Part shown: positions 29,280 through 38,195 of the stretch, piece after piece
Numbering within the stretch: position 1 is the stretch's first letter
Layout: every line of letters begins with the position of its first letter
Source: an uncultured Oscillospiraceae bacterium
GTDB taxonomy: Bacteria > Bacillota > Clostridia > Oscillospirales > Ruminococcaceae
DNA: 64,000 nucleotides
NCBI GenBank assembly: GCA_964391915.1
Contig: CAYMNV010000002.1
Location: 52,531 to 116,530, forward strand
Reading direction: 5' to 3'
The notes under the pieces: model-generated
The model's input: the letters and a program-made list of their open reading frames with translations, nothing else
Database searches by the model: none
Told to the model about the DNA's origin: nothing
Position numbers and translations under genes: made by a program

Positions 29280-29906
29280 ATGACTGAGATTTATCTCGCG
29301 GATATCCGCCGGCTCGCCCCATACGGCGCCGCCGTTTATGATGCTCTTCCCGCCGCAAGAAGGGGGAAGGCGCTCTCCATCCGGAATCCGGAGGAGCGGC
29401 TGCGCTCCGCGGCGGCAGGCCTGCTGCTCAAATTCGTCTTCGGGGAAGAGAAGTCGGAGACCCTGCTGCAGAATGAGCACGGCAAGCCGTTTTTTGAGCA
29501 CGGGCCGGAATTCTGCCTCTCCCACAGCGGCTTCTACGCCGTTCTGGCGGCGGGAGATTTCCCGCTCGGGGTCGATATCGAGGCCCCGGCCGCCTATAAC
29601 GAAAAAGTCGCCGGGCGGTGCTTCACTCCGGAGGAACAATCCTTTGCCCGGTCGCATGAAAACGGATTCGGCCTCGTCTGGACAAAGAAAGAGGCCGTGC
29701 TCAAGGCCTCCGGCGTCGGATTTGCGCTGTCTCCCGCGTCGTTCTGCGTGCTGGAGAATCCCTGCGCGGCCGGCGGCGGAAAATATTATTTAGCGGAGGC
29801 GGAGTACGGCGGCTATGCGGTCGCGCTCGCCTCAGCGGAAGAAACCGGCGAAATCCGTTTCCGCCCGGTCTCCGCGGAGGAACTGCTTCAGAGGAGGACA
29901 AAATGA
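29280..29906 (+). CDS. 4'-phosphopantetheinyl transferase (Sfp type)
   Basis: Track ORF 29268..29906. Motifs GKPFF, FCLSHSG, LGVDIE and WTKKEAVLKASG. Confidence 0.8.
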   Translation: MTEIYLADIRRLAPYGAAVYDALPAARRGKALSIRNPEERLRSAAAGLLLKFVFGEEKSETLLQNEHGKPFFEHGPEFCLSHSGFYAVLAAGDFPLGVDIEAPAAYNEKVAGRCFTPEEQSFARSHENGFGLVWTKKEAVLKASGVGFALSPASFCVLENPCAAGGGKYYLAEAEYGGYAVALASAEETGEIRFRPVSAEELLQRRTK

Positions 29907-30508
29907 AAATCTGTATTTTGATGGGAAGCCCGCGCCAAAACGGCAACACGGCCGCGCTCTGCGTGCCGTTCCGGGAGGAGCTCGAGCGCCTCGGCGCGGC
30001 ATGTACCTATCTTCCCGTGGCGGAGAGGCGAATTTTGCCCTGCCGGGGGTGCTATGCCTGCCAAAACGTCAGCGGGGTCTACGGATGCCCGCAGCAGGAC
30101 GATATGGCGGAGATCGTGGAGGCGGTATGCGCCTCCGACTGTGTGGTCCTTGCGACGCCGATCTATATCTGGTACTGTCCGTCGCAGCTCAAAGCGGTTC
30201 TTGACCGCTTTTACGGAATGAACAAATATTATGGAAAAGGGGAGGGCTCCCTCTGGGTCGGAAAACCGCTGGCGCTCGTCGTGACGCAGGGATACGACAC
30301 GGAATACGGCGCGGGGCCGTTTGAGCTTGGGATGAGACATTTCTGCGAGCATGCCGGGCTGCGGTATTTCGGCATGTTTTCCTGCCGGGATATCGATGGG
30401 ATCACGGATTTCCAGACGGAGGAGGCCGTCTCCGGCGCGAAACAATTTGCACGGCAAATGGTCGCTTTGCTGAAGGACGAAACGGAAGGATCCTGCCTGC
30501 CTATCTGA
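29903..30508 (+). CDS. Flavodoxin-like fold / NADPH-dependent FMN reductase family protein
   Basis: MKICILMGSPRQNGNT opening and CRGCYAC motif, as in iron-sulfur flavoproteins. ATGA overlap with the PPTase stop. Confidence 0.75.
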   Translation: MKICILMGSPRQNGNTAALCVPFREELERLGAACTYLPVAERRILPCRGCYACQNVSGVYGCPQQDDMAEIVEAVCASDCVVLATPIYIWYCPSQLKAVLDRFYGMNKYYGKGEGSLWVGKPLALVVTQGYDTEYGAGPFELGMRHFCEHAGLRYFGMFSCRDIDGITDFQTEEAVSGAKQFARQMVALLKDETEGSCLPI

Positions 30509-30517
30509 GAGATCATG

Positions 30518-30558
30518 AAAAGCGGCCGCGGAGCGATGAGTTCCGCGGCCGCTTTTTT
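30518..30558. terminator. Bidirectional terminator between convergent genes
   Basis: AAAAGCGGCCGCGGA-gcgatgagt-TCCGCGGCCGCTTTTTT. Confidence 0.85.
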
Positions 30559-30569
30559 ATGGGGTTGTT

Positions 30570-32462
30570 TTACGAGCCCGATGTCGCGCCGACGGTGAAG
30601 ACCCACTGGCTGCTGCCGGTATAGTCCGGGCAGTCCGAAGTGACCGCGATGGTCAGGCAGTAGGTGCCTGCGTCGGTCGGGAGGATGTCGGTAATACTGC
30701 CGTCCGAAAGCAGGATGGTCTTCGAGTAGTTCTCGGAGGGGACGTCTACGATGCTGAACTGAACGTATTTGCCGTCGATCTCCGCCGTGCTGCCGTCCGC
30801 GCCGGTCGCGCCGTTATAGACGATGCCGACCGTGTCGACGGAGAGGATCGTATCGTCCTCGTTGACATGGAAGGTGAGCGCCGCCTTTCCGGAGGCCTCG
30901 GCATAGTCGCCGACGCCGCTGAAGCTGTGAACGGAGGCTGTGATCGTGAAGTCCACAGAGGGCTCTCCGGTTTCCGTTGTGCCGCCCTCCGGCATCTGAC
31001 CGCCTTCCGGCTTTTGCGGAGCTTCGCCGTTCTCCGGCATCGAAGGCATCTCGCCGGAGACATTTTCACGCATGCCGGGCTGCTTTCCGGAGGTTCCGTC
31101 GAGGCTGCCCTCCGCCATCTTGGGGGCTTCGCCTTCCTGCGGCACCTGTGCGTCAAATCCCTCCGGAGGCTTCTGCGGGTCGAAGTTGCCCTCCGGCATC
31201 TGGCCGCCCGGCCGCATGCCGCCGTTTCCTGCCGCCCAGGAGGTGAGGTTTCCGGTGTACTGCTGCTGGATTCCATTGGCGTAGACGTGATAGACCGTAT
31301 TTTCCGCGAGGTCGGCCGAGCTGAACGTGAAGCTCTGGAAGGCCTTTTCCATCGCCGTTTCAAGCAGCACGCCGCCGTTTTCGTCCTCGATGCGGATAGT
31401 GGTGCCGGCACTCTGCGTGGCGGCAAAGCTCAGTTCCATATACGGCTGGGCGGAATCCGTGGCGACCGCGTCGTTGCGGCTGCCGGAGGCGATCACGACG
31501 CCGCCGTTGATCAGAATCTTGCCGTCCGCATCAATGCCGCCGTCGCCGGTCTGCGGGTTCGCCATCGCGACGATGGTTCCGCCGTTGATGATGAGGTCGC
31601 CGTTGGAGTCGATGCCGTCACCCTCGGCGCCCTGCCCGGCGTTGATCGTGAGGGAACCGCCGTTGATCGTGCAGACCGACACGCCGTCCTCGTTGGTGTT
31701 GATGCCGTCGTCCATGGAGGAAATATGAATCGTGCCGCTGTTGACGGTCAGGTGCATCTCGCTGTCAAGCCCCTCATTGTCGGCGTTGATCGTGAGGGAG
31801 CCCTCCCCGTCGAAGGACATCGTCATCTTGCTGTAAAAGGCACCGTCGAATTTGTAGAGCTTTTCTTCGGTGCCCTCTTTAAAGATTTTTGCGACGTGGG
31901 AGCCGGTGACGGTATTTTCGCTTCCGTCGGCAAGGATCACCTGCGCGCCGGCCTCCGAGGTGCTCTTCGTCTCATATACATTATAGAAGATGACGGCGGG
32001 CGCCACCGGGCAGGTGATGTCGGTGCCGTCAAGGATCAGTTTGACAACCGCGTTCTCGTCCGCCGCAGCGTCCTCTCCGAGATCCACGGCGATCTGGCCG
32101 TTGGAGAGAGTGCCGGTCACATGGTAGCTTCCGGGCTGCGTGATCGTGAGCACGGTGCTTGCGGCGGCCTCTTCTGCGGTGTGGCCTTCGGATTCGCCGC
32201 CCTCCCCATAGGTCTCGTCATGGCCGGCTTCATAATAAATAATCGGCGCGCCGACGTAGACCGCATCTTCCGGGTTTTCGGAAACGGCCACCCCGTCTAC
32301 CGTGATGCCGTCGTCGCCGAGAGCGATCTGCGCCGCGTCCGCGTAGGCCTCGGCGGATTCGCCGCTTTCCGAAGGTTCTGTCTCTTCTCCGGTGGAGGTG
32401 CATCCTGCAAACAGCGCCGCCGCCATGCAGAATGTCAATAAAGCGGAAAGGAATTTTTTCAT
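30570..32462 (-). CDS. Lipoprotein with Cthe_2159-like carbohydrate-binding beta-helix domain and Pro/Glu/Gly-rich linker
   Basis: Track ORF 30570..32513. MKKFLSALLTFCMAAALFAGC lipobox. ITQPGSYHVTGTLSNGQIAVD and repeated (I/L)T(I/V)N(G/S)G..(I/T) rungs match my memory of the PF14262 family. Confidence 0.65.
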   Translation of the reverse strand: MKKFLSALLTFCMAAALFAGCTSTGEETEPSESGESAEAYADAAQIALGDDGITVDGVAVSENPEDAVYVGAPIIYYEAGHDETYGEGGESEGHTAEEAAASTVLTITQPGSYHVTGTLSNGQIAVDLGEDAAADENAVVKLILDGTDITCPVAPAVIFYNVYETKSTSEAGAQVILADGSENTVTGSHVAKIFKEGTEEKLYKFDGAFYSKMTMSFDGEGSLTINADNEGLDSEMHLTVNSGTIHISSMDDGINTNEDGVSVCTINGGSLTINAGQGAEGDGIDSNGDLIINGGTIVAMANPQTGDGGIDADGKILINGGVVIASGSRNDAVATDSAQPYMELSFAATQSAGTTIRIEDENGGVLLETAMEKAFQSFTFSSADLAENTVYHVYANGIQQQYTGNLTSWAAGNGGMRPGGQMPEGNFDPQKPPEGFDAQVPQEGEAPKMAEGSLDGTSGKQPGMRENVSGEMPSMPENGEAPQKPEGGQMPEGGTTETGEPSVDFTITASVHSFSGVGDYAEASGKAALTFHVNEDDTILSVDTVGIVYNGATGADGSTAEIDGKYVQFSIVDVPSENYSKTILLSDGSITDILPTDAGTYCLTIAVTSDCPDYTGSSQWVFTVGATSGS

Positions 32463-32647
32463 AAGCTGCCTCCTTTTTAAAGTCAAGGATAATCTATCAT
32501 CATCTTGTTTCAAGAATACGGAAGAATTGTTAAGATTTTTTGAGCAATCCGTGCGGAAAACCGCCGGAGGTAAAATTTTGTTTGACAGAACCTGAATTCT
32601 GTTTAAGATAGATATTATAATTTAGATGATTTTGAGGGTTTGAGGGA

Positions 32648-33874
32648 ATGAAGACGGAAAGAATGTTTCCCGGCGCGGTCGTGACAAAAAAGGCGGAACT
32701 CTCTGTTTCGGAGGGTCATCCGTGGATCTACGACACGGAAGTACTGTCCGTAAGTGAGGGTTTTGTGAACGGCGGACTGGTGGATGCGGTGACGGAAAAG
32801 GGCCGTTACCTCGGCACCGGTTTTCTCAGTACGGAGAGCAAGATCCGGATCCGCCTGATCTCCCGGAACGCCAACGACCGCTTTGACCGGGATTTCTTCC
32901 GCAGGAGGATCCAGTACGCATGGGATTACCGGAAGACCGTCATGGGGGAGGATACGGACTGCTGCCGGGTCATTTTCGGCGAGGCGGATCAGTTCCCGGG
33001 CCTCACGGTGGACCGCTTCCACGATATCCTCGTCACACAGACGCTCTCCGTCGGCATCGAAAAGCTCAAACCCATGCTGTTCCCGCTGATCCGCGAGGTT
33101 CTGACGGAAAATGGAGAACGGATTTCCGGCCTTTACGAGCGCAATGACGTCGCAATCCGGCAGCTCGAGGGGCTGGAGGAAAACAAGGGCTGGTTCCCAC
33201 TGCCCGGTATCCCCAATCCGGCGGAGACGACCGCCTCCGTCACGGAAAACGGCATCCGGTATCTCGTCGACTTCGAAAACGGCCAGAAGACCGGCTTTTT
33301 CCTCGATCAGAAGTATAACCGCCTTGCCGTGTCGAAACTGGCGAAAGGCAGACGGGTGCTCGATTGTTTCACCCACACCGGTTCCTTCGCCCTCAACGCC
33401 GCGAAGGGGGGCGCCGTCTATGTCAAGGCGGCCGATATCTCCGAGTCCGCGCTCGAAACGGCGAGACGGAACGCGGAGCTAAATGGGTTTTCAGACAAAA
33501 TCGATTTTGTTGCGGCGGATGTGTTCGATCTCCTACCGTCGCTGGAAAACTCGGCGGAAAAATACGATTTCATCATCCTTGATCCGCCGGCGTTCACCAA
33601 ATCCAGAAAGACCGTCGCCGGCGCCGAGCGGGGATACAAGGAGATCAATTACCGGGCGATGAAGCTGCTGCCGAGGGGCGGCTACCTCGCAACCTGCTCC
33701 TGTTCCCACTTCATGCCGGACGAGCTGTTTGTGAAGATGCTCCGCTCCGCCGCAAAGGACGCCGCCGTGAGCCTGCGCCAGATCGAGGCTCGCCAGCAGG
33801 CGCCGGATCATCCGATTCTATGGAACGTGCCGGAGACGGACTACCTGAAATTTTATCTGTTCCAGATCGTCTGA
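32648..33874 (+). CDS. rlmI: PUA-domain class I SAM-dependent rRNA (cytosine-C5) methyltransferase, RlmI-like
   Basis: GHPWIYDTEV N-terminal motif, SAM site VLDCFTHTGSFAL, and IILDPPAF. Confidence 0.8.
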   Translation: MKTERMFPGAVVTKKAELSVSEGHPWIYDTEVLSVSEGFVNGGLVDAVTEKGRYLGTGFLSTESKIRIRLISRNANDRFDRDFFRRRIQYAWDYRKTVMGEDTDCCRVIFGEADQFPGLTVDRFHDILVTQTLSVGIEKLKPMLFPLIREVLTENGERISGLYERNDVAIRQLEGLEENKGWFPLPGIPNPAETTASVTENGIRYLVDFENGQKTGFFLDQKYNRLAVSKLAKGRRVLDCFTHTGSFALNAAKGGAVYVKAADISESALETARRNAELNGFSDKIDFVAADVFDLLPSLENSAEKYDFIILDPPAFTKSRKTVAGAERGYKEINYRAMKLLPRGGYLATCSCSHFMPDELFVKMLRSAAKDAAVSLRQIEARQQAPDHPILWNVPETDYLKFYLFQIV

Positions 33875-33964
33875 AGTGCCGGACAAGGGCTCTGCCTGAT
33901 CCGATGCCGGGGTCTCCGACCGGAGACCGACCACCTGAAATTTTATCTGATCCAGATCGTCTGA
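33830..33964 (+). repeat. 45-bp direct duplication of the rlmI 3' end
   Basis: 33830-33874 CCGGAGACGGACTACCTGAAATTTTATCTGTTCCAGATCGTCTGA versus 33920-33964 CCGGAGACCGACCACCTGAAATTTTATCTGATCCAGATCGTCTGA (3 mismatches, 90-bp offset). Confidence 0.9.
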
Positions 33965-34092
33965 GGCGCTGAACGGAGCGCACCTGTTTTTGCCGGACGG
34001 GGGTTCGCCGGCATGCGGGATGTTTTGGAAAAGGCGCGAAATCCGTAATTTTTCTCTTTTGGCTCATTTTTTCCCGGAAGAAAGGAACACGC

Positions 34093-34956
34093 ATGGGGAC
34101 TTATAAACTCACCAAAGAGAAGCTGACCGAGTATGCGTTGTTGTCGGTATCGTCGCTGCTGATTATTTTCGGCAACTATTTCTTTAAATATCCGAATAAT
34201 TTTGTATTCGGCGGCGTGACCGGCGTCTCCATCCTCCTGAGCAGAATATTTACGCTGAGCACGGCGACCTACAACCTGATCATCAACATCGCCCTGCTGG
34301 GGATCGGGACCCTCGTGCTCGGAAAAGAATTCGTCAAAAAGACGCTCTATGTCTGCGTGACCTCGACGCTCGGCCTCTCCCTGATGGAAAAGATCTGCCC
34401 GATGCAGGCCCCGCTGACCAATCAGCCGATGCTCGAGCTGATCTTCGCCATCGTGATTCCGGGCGTCGCGGCGGCCATCCTCTTCAATATGGAGGCGTCG
34501 AGCGGCGGCACGGATATCCCGGCCATGATCATCAAAAAATATACGACGCTGGATGTGACCGCGGGGCTGTTCCTTGTCGACCTCGTCATCACCCTGCTGT
34601 CGTTCGTCGTGTTCGACATCGAGACCGGTCTCTTTTCCATCACGGGTCTGCTCTGCAAGACACTCGTCATCGACAGCGCAATCGAGAACATCAACCTCTG
34701 CAAATATTTCACGATTGTTTGCACAAACCCGGATCCGATCTGCGATTTCATTCACGAAAAACTGCACCGCACCGCCACGATCTTCGGCGCGGAGGGCACC
34801 TACAGCCACCAGAAAAAATATGTGATCCTCGCCGTCATGCGGCGTAGCCAGGCGGTGCGTCTCCGCCGCTTCATCAAGGAGGTCGAGCCGAGTGCGTTCC
34901 TGATGATTACCAACTCGAGCGAGATCATCGGCAAGGGCTTCCGCGGATACAACTGA
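34093..34956 (+). CDS. YitT-family membrane protein (DUF2179 C-terminal domain)
   Basis: NNFVFGGVTGVSILL motif, 5-6 TM helices, and a soluble C-terminal domain (ATIFGAEGTYS...VILAVMRRSQAVRLRRFIKEVEPSAFL). Confidence 0.8.
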   Translation: MGTYKLTKEKLTEYALLSVSSLLIIFGNYFFKYPNNFVFGGVTGVSILLSRIFTLSTATYNLIINIALLGIGTLVLGKEFVKKTLYVCVTSTLGLSLMEKICPMQAPLTNQPMLELIFAIVIPGVAAAILFNMEASSGGTDIPAMIIKKYTTLDVTAGLFLVDLVITLLSFVVFDIETGLFSITGLLCKTLVIDSAIENINLCKYFTIVCTNPDPICDFIHEKLHRTATIFGAEGTYSHQKKYVILAVMRRSQAVRLRRFIKEVEPSAFLMITNSSEIIGKGFRGYN

Positions 34957-35161
34957 GCGCCGCGCGGAGAGGCAGACCTCTTGCCATCGCCGGCTTCGCA
35001 CAAAATTTTGTGCGATCTGACGGAAAACCGCCGGGGTGAGTTATGAAAACCGCTGCAGGTGAATAAATTTTCAAAAGGGTGTTGACACGATTTCAAAAGC
35101 GTGTTAAGGTAATCACAACAATTTCATACCGTTGTTTCGGAGGGCAATCCTCCCAAACAAT

Positions 35162-35330
35162 GATAGAGGCGCGGAAAGTAAGAGTATCTGTCGGCAAGGC
35201 GCGGCTGCCGCCGATGGGGAAAGGGCTTTTCGCCGAAATGGTTACACGGGGCCGCCTGTGTTTCCGTTGGGGCCGGAGATAAGATCTCCGGGACTGTCAC
35301 CCTTTGGGTGGAGCGCTATCATTGGTCAGA
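35162..35330 (+). promoter_or_regulatory. Lysine riboswitch (L-box)
   Basis: Conserved L-box blocks in order: GATAGAGGCGCGGAAAGTAAGAGTA, GATGGGGAAAGGG, GCCGAAA, GGACTGTCA, TGGAGCGCTATC. They align block for block with the B. subtilis lysC leader as I remember it. A TTGACA sits at 35082-87. Confidence 0.85.
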
Positions 35331-35352
35331 AACATGATTTTTGTATGTTTTC

Positions 35353-35399
35353 GCCATGTGTGCTTTCCCATAAGGGGAAGCAGGTATGGCGATTTTTTT
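35353..35399 (+). terminator. Candidate expression-platform terminator of the L-box
   Basis: Composite hairpin GCCAT...TTCCC-ataag-GGGAA...ATGGC followed by GATTTTTTT. The stem is short and imperfect. Confidence 0.45.
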
Positions 35400-35472
35400 A
35401 TCCGCGCCTCCGCAGGGAAATTGAATGATCAAAAAACAGAAAAATTTGATGGTTTGAAAGGAGAACGCATCA

Positions 35473-36371
35473 TGGCAAGAAGAATTTTTGCGCTGCTGGT
35501 ATCCCTCGCGATGGTATTTGCCTTCGCAGCCTGCTCCTCCGGGGAAGAAGGAGAAGAAAGCGTTTCCGCCGGTGATTCCGGCTCCGAGTCCGCACCCGCC
35601 GAGGAAGAGGGCATCCTTACCGACAATGTGCTCTCCGTCGCGATGGAATGCGGCTATGCGCCGTATAACTGGTCCCAGGCCACCGACGCCAACGGCGCCG
35701 TGCCGATCAAGGACAGCAGCGAATACGCCTACGGATACGACGTGATGATGGCCAAGTACATCGCCGACTATCTTGATATGGATCTGGAGATCGTCCGGCT
35801 CGACTGGGATTCCATTCCGCTTGCCGTCCAGTCCGGAACGGTCGACTGCGGCATCGCGGGCCAGTCGATCACCGCCGAGCGCCTGCAGACCATGGATTTC
35901 TCAAATCCGTATTATTTCGCCTCCATCGTCGCGCTGGTCGATGCGAACGGCTCCTACGCCGCCGCCGAGGGCATCTCCGGTCTTGCGGGCGCCGCCTGCA
36001 CCTCCCAGCTCAACACCGTCTGGTATGACGTCTGCCTGCCGCAGATCCCGGATGCCGAAATCCTGACTGCTCAGGAAAACGCCCCCTCCATGCTCGTGGC
36101 GCTCAACTCCGGCGTCTGCGATGTGGTCGTCACCGATATGCCGACCGCGATGGCCGCCTGCGCCGCCTACCCGAATCTGAAGATGCTCGACTTCACCGGC
36201 ACCGACGACAACTTCGTGGTCTCCGAAGAGGAGATCAACATCGGCGCCTCCATCCAGAAGGGGAACACGGAGCTGGTCGAAAAGATCAACGAGGCCCTTG
36301 CCACGCTGACCGTCGACGACTACAATGAAATGATGAACGGGGCCATTGCCGTTCAGCCGCTCACGAACTGA
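35473..36371 (+). CDS. Amino-acid ABC transporter substrate-binding lipoprotein (lysine-regulated)
   Basis: Track ORF 35304..36371. ATG 35473 follows GAAAGGAGAA. MARRIFALLVSLAMVFAFAAC lipobox; type 3 SBP-like. Confidence 0.85.
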
Positions 36372-36397
36372 GCAAACTATAACAAGGGAGCAAAATC

Positions 36398-37204
36398 ATG
36401 TCGTTGCCTTCTGATTTCTGGGGCAGGATCGTATTCCTGTTTGAACAGTACGGCGTCTCTTATCTCAAGGGCGCCGGAACCACGCTGGTGATTGCGGTGG
36501 TTTCCACCTTCTTCGGCTGCGTGATCGGGTTTGTCGTCGGCATCATCCAGACCATCCCGGTCGGAAAACGCGACAAGATGCCCAAGCGTATCTTTTTCAG
36601 GTTCGTCAACGTGATCCTGAGGATCTATGTCGAACTGTTCCGTGGGACGCCGATGATGGTGCAGGCCATGTTTATTTATTACGGCGCGGCGCAGATCTTT
36701 GGCCTGAGAATGAATATGTGGGTCGCCGCCCTGTTTATCGTCTCGATCAACACCGGCGCCTATATGGCCGAGACGGTCCGCGGCGGCATCCTTTCGATCG
36801 ACATCGGCCAGACGGAGGGCGCGAAGGCCATCGGTATGACGCACTTCCAGACCATGATGTTCGTCGTCTTTCCGCAGGCGCTGCGGAATATCCTGCCGCA
36901 GATCGGCAACAACCTGATCATCAACATCAAGGATACCTGCGTGCTCTCCGTCATCGGCACGGTGGAGCTGTTCTTCGCCTCCAAATCCGTTGCCGGCACC
37001 TACTACACCTTCTTTGAGTCCATGACGATCGCCATGGTGATCTACCTCATCATGACGGTCACGGCCTCCAAGCTCCTGCTCTGGTGGGAAAAGAAGCTGG
37101 ATGGCCCGGAGGAATACGACCTTGCCACGACCGATACGCTGATGTTTACGAGCGGCATGGTCAATTTCCCGGACAGAAAGCGTCCGAAAGGGGAGGACGA
37201 ATGA
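36398..37204 (+). CDS. Amino-acid ABC transporter permease
   Basis: Polytopic ORF with EAA loop ([29 protein letters not shown]). Confidence 0.9.
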   Translation: MSLPSDFWGRIVFLFEQYGVSYLKGAGTTLVIAVVSTFFGCVIGFVVGIIQTIPVGKRDKMPKRIFFRFVNVILRIYVELFRGTPMMVQAMFIYYGAAQIFGLRMNMWVAALFIVSINTGAYMAETVRGGILSIDIGQTEGAKAIGMTHFQTMMFVVFPQALRNILPQIGNNLIINIKDTCVLSVIGTVELFFASKSVAGTYYTFFESMTIAMVIYLIMTVTASKLLLWWEKKLDGPEEYDLATTDTLMFTSGMVNFPDRKRPKGEDE

Positions 37205-37944
37205 TGAGCACGCCTGTTCTGGAAGTCAGACATCTGAGCAAGAGTTTCGGCAAAAACCCGGTTCTCCGGGATATCGATTTTTCCGTCAGCCCCGGCGACG
37301 TCACAACGGTGATCGGGGCCTCCGGCTCCGGAAAATCCACACTGCTGCGCTGCATCAACCTGCTGGAGACGCCATCCTCGGGTGACATCGTTTTTCATGG
37401 GGAGAGCGTGCTGCAACCGGGGTTCAACGTCTCGACCTACCGCGCGAAGGTCGGCATGGTGTTCCAGAGTTTCAATCTCTTCAACAACATGACCGTGCTC
37501 GAAAACTGCATGATCGGCATGACGAAGGTGCTCAAAAAGGATCCGGCCGCAGCAAGGGAGAAGGCGCTCTTCTTCCTCGACAAAGTCGGCATGAATCCGT
37601 TCATCAACGCGAAGCCGAAGCAGATCTCCGGCGGCCAAAAACAGCGGGTGGCGATTGCCCGCGCCCTTTGTATGGAGCCGGAAGTGCTGCTCTTCGACGA
37701 GCCGACCTCCGCCCTCGACCCGCAGATGGTCGGCGAGGTGCTCGAAGTTATGAGGATCCTTGCGGCGGAGGGCTCCACAATGGTGATCGTGACGCACGAG
37801 ATGGCCTTTGCGCGCGACGTCTCCAGCCATGTCGTCTACATGGCGGACGGCGTCATCTGCGAGGAGGGCTCCTCGGAGGATATCTTCGTGCACCCGCAGA
37901 ATGATTCGACAAAGGAATTCCTGAAGCGTTTCATCCATCAATAA
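37201..37944 (+). CDS. Amino-acid ABC transporter ATP-binding protein
   Basis: Track ORF 37084..37944; ATG 37201 overlaps the permease stop (ATGA). [35 protein letters not shown]. Confidence 0.9.
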   Translation: MMSTPVLEVRHLSKSFGKNPVLRDIDFSVSPGDVTTVIGASGSGKSTLLRCINLLETPSSGDIVFHGESVLQPGFNVSTYRAKVGMVFQSFNLFNNMTVLENCMIGMTKVLKKDPAAAREKALFFLDKVGMNPFINAKPKQISGGQKQRVAIARALCMEPEVLLFDEPTSALDPQMVGEVLEVMRILAAEGSTMVIVTHEMAFARDVSSHVVYMADGVICEEGSSEDIFVHPQNDSTKEFLKRFIHQ

Positions 37945-37953
37945 AAGAACTGA

Positions 37954-37986
37954 AATATCCCGCCTTTTTGGCGGGATATTTTTTTT
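37954..37986 (+). terminator. Intrinsic terminator of ABC operon 2
   Basis: AATATCCCGCC-tttttg-GGCGGGATATT followed by T-run. Confidence 0.9.
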
Positions 37987-38056
37987 GCGTGTTCCGGCGC
38001 GGAAACAGAAGAAAACCTGCAAAAGTGATGGGAATGTGAAAATATTTATTCTTATC

Positions 38057-38084
38057 ATTCATAATAAAATAAAATATTATGAAT
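38057..38084. promoter_or_regulatory. Perfect 10-bp inverted repeat in the AT-rich pocket upstream of the WYL regulator gene
   Basis: ATTCATAATA-n8-TATTATGAAT. A TGgTATAAT extended -10 follows at 38163-38171. Confidence 0.35.
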
Positions 38085-38195
38085 TATACTCATGTAAAAA
38101 TGAAAAATCGTCAAAAAATGACGCTGAAATTTGTTTCTATTCCATTTCTTGATAAAATTTTTTGGTATAATTAACCAAGAAAGGGGAGGACAGCG

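Noticed and set aside
38088-38178. About 30-codon ORF (MNYTHVKMKNRQKMTLKFVSIPFLDKIFWYN) in the AT-rich pocket before the WYL gene.
   Set aside because: No RBS. It lies across the predicted promoter, and AT-rich DNA gives such ORFs by chance.
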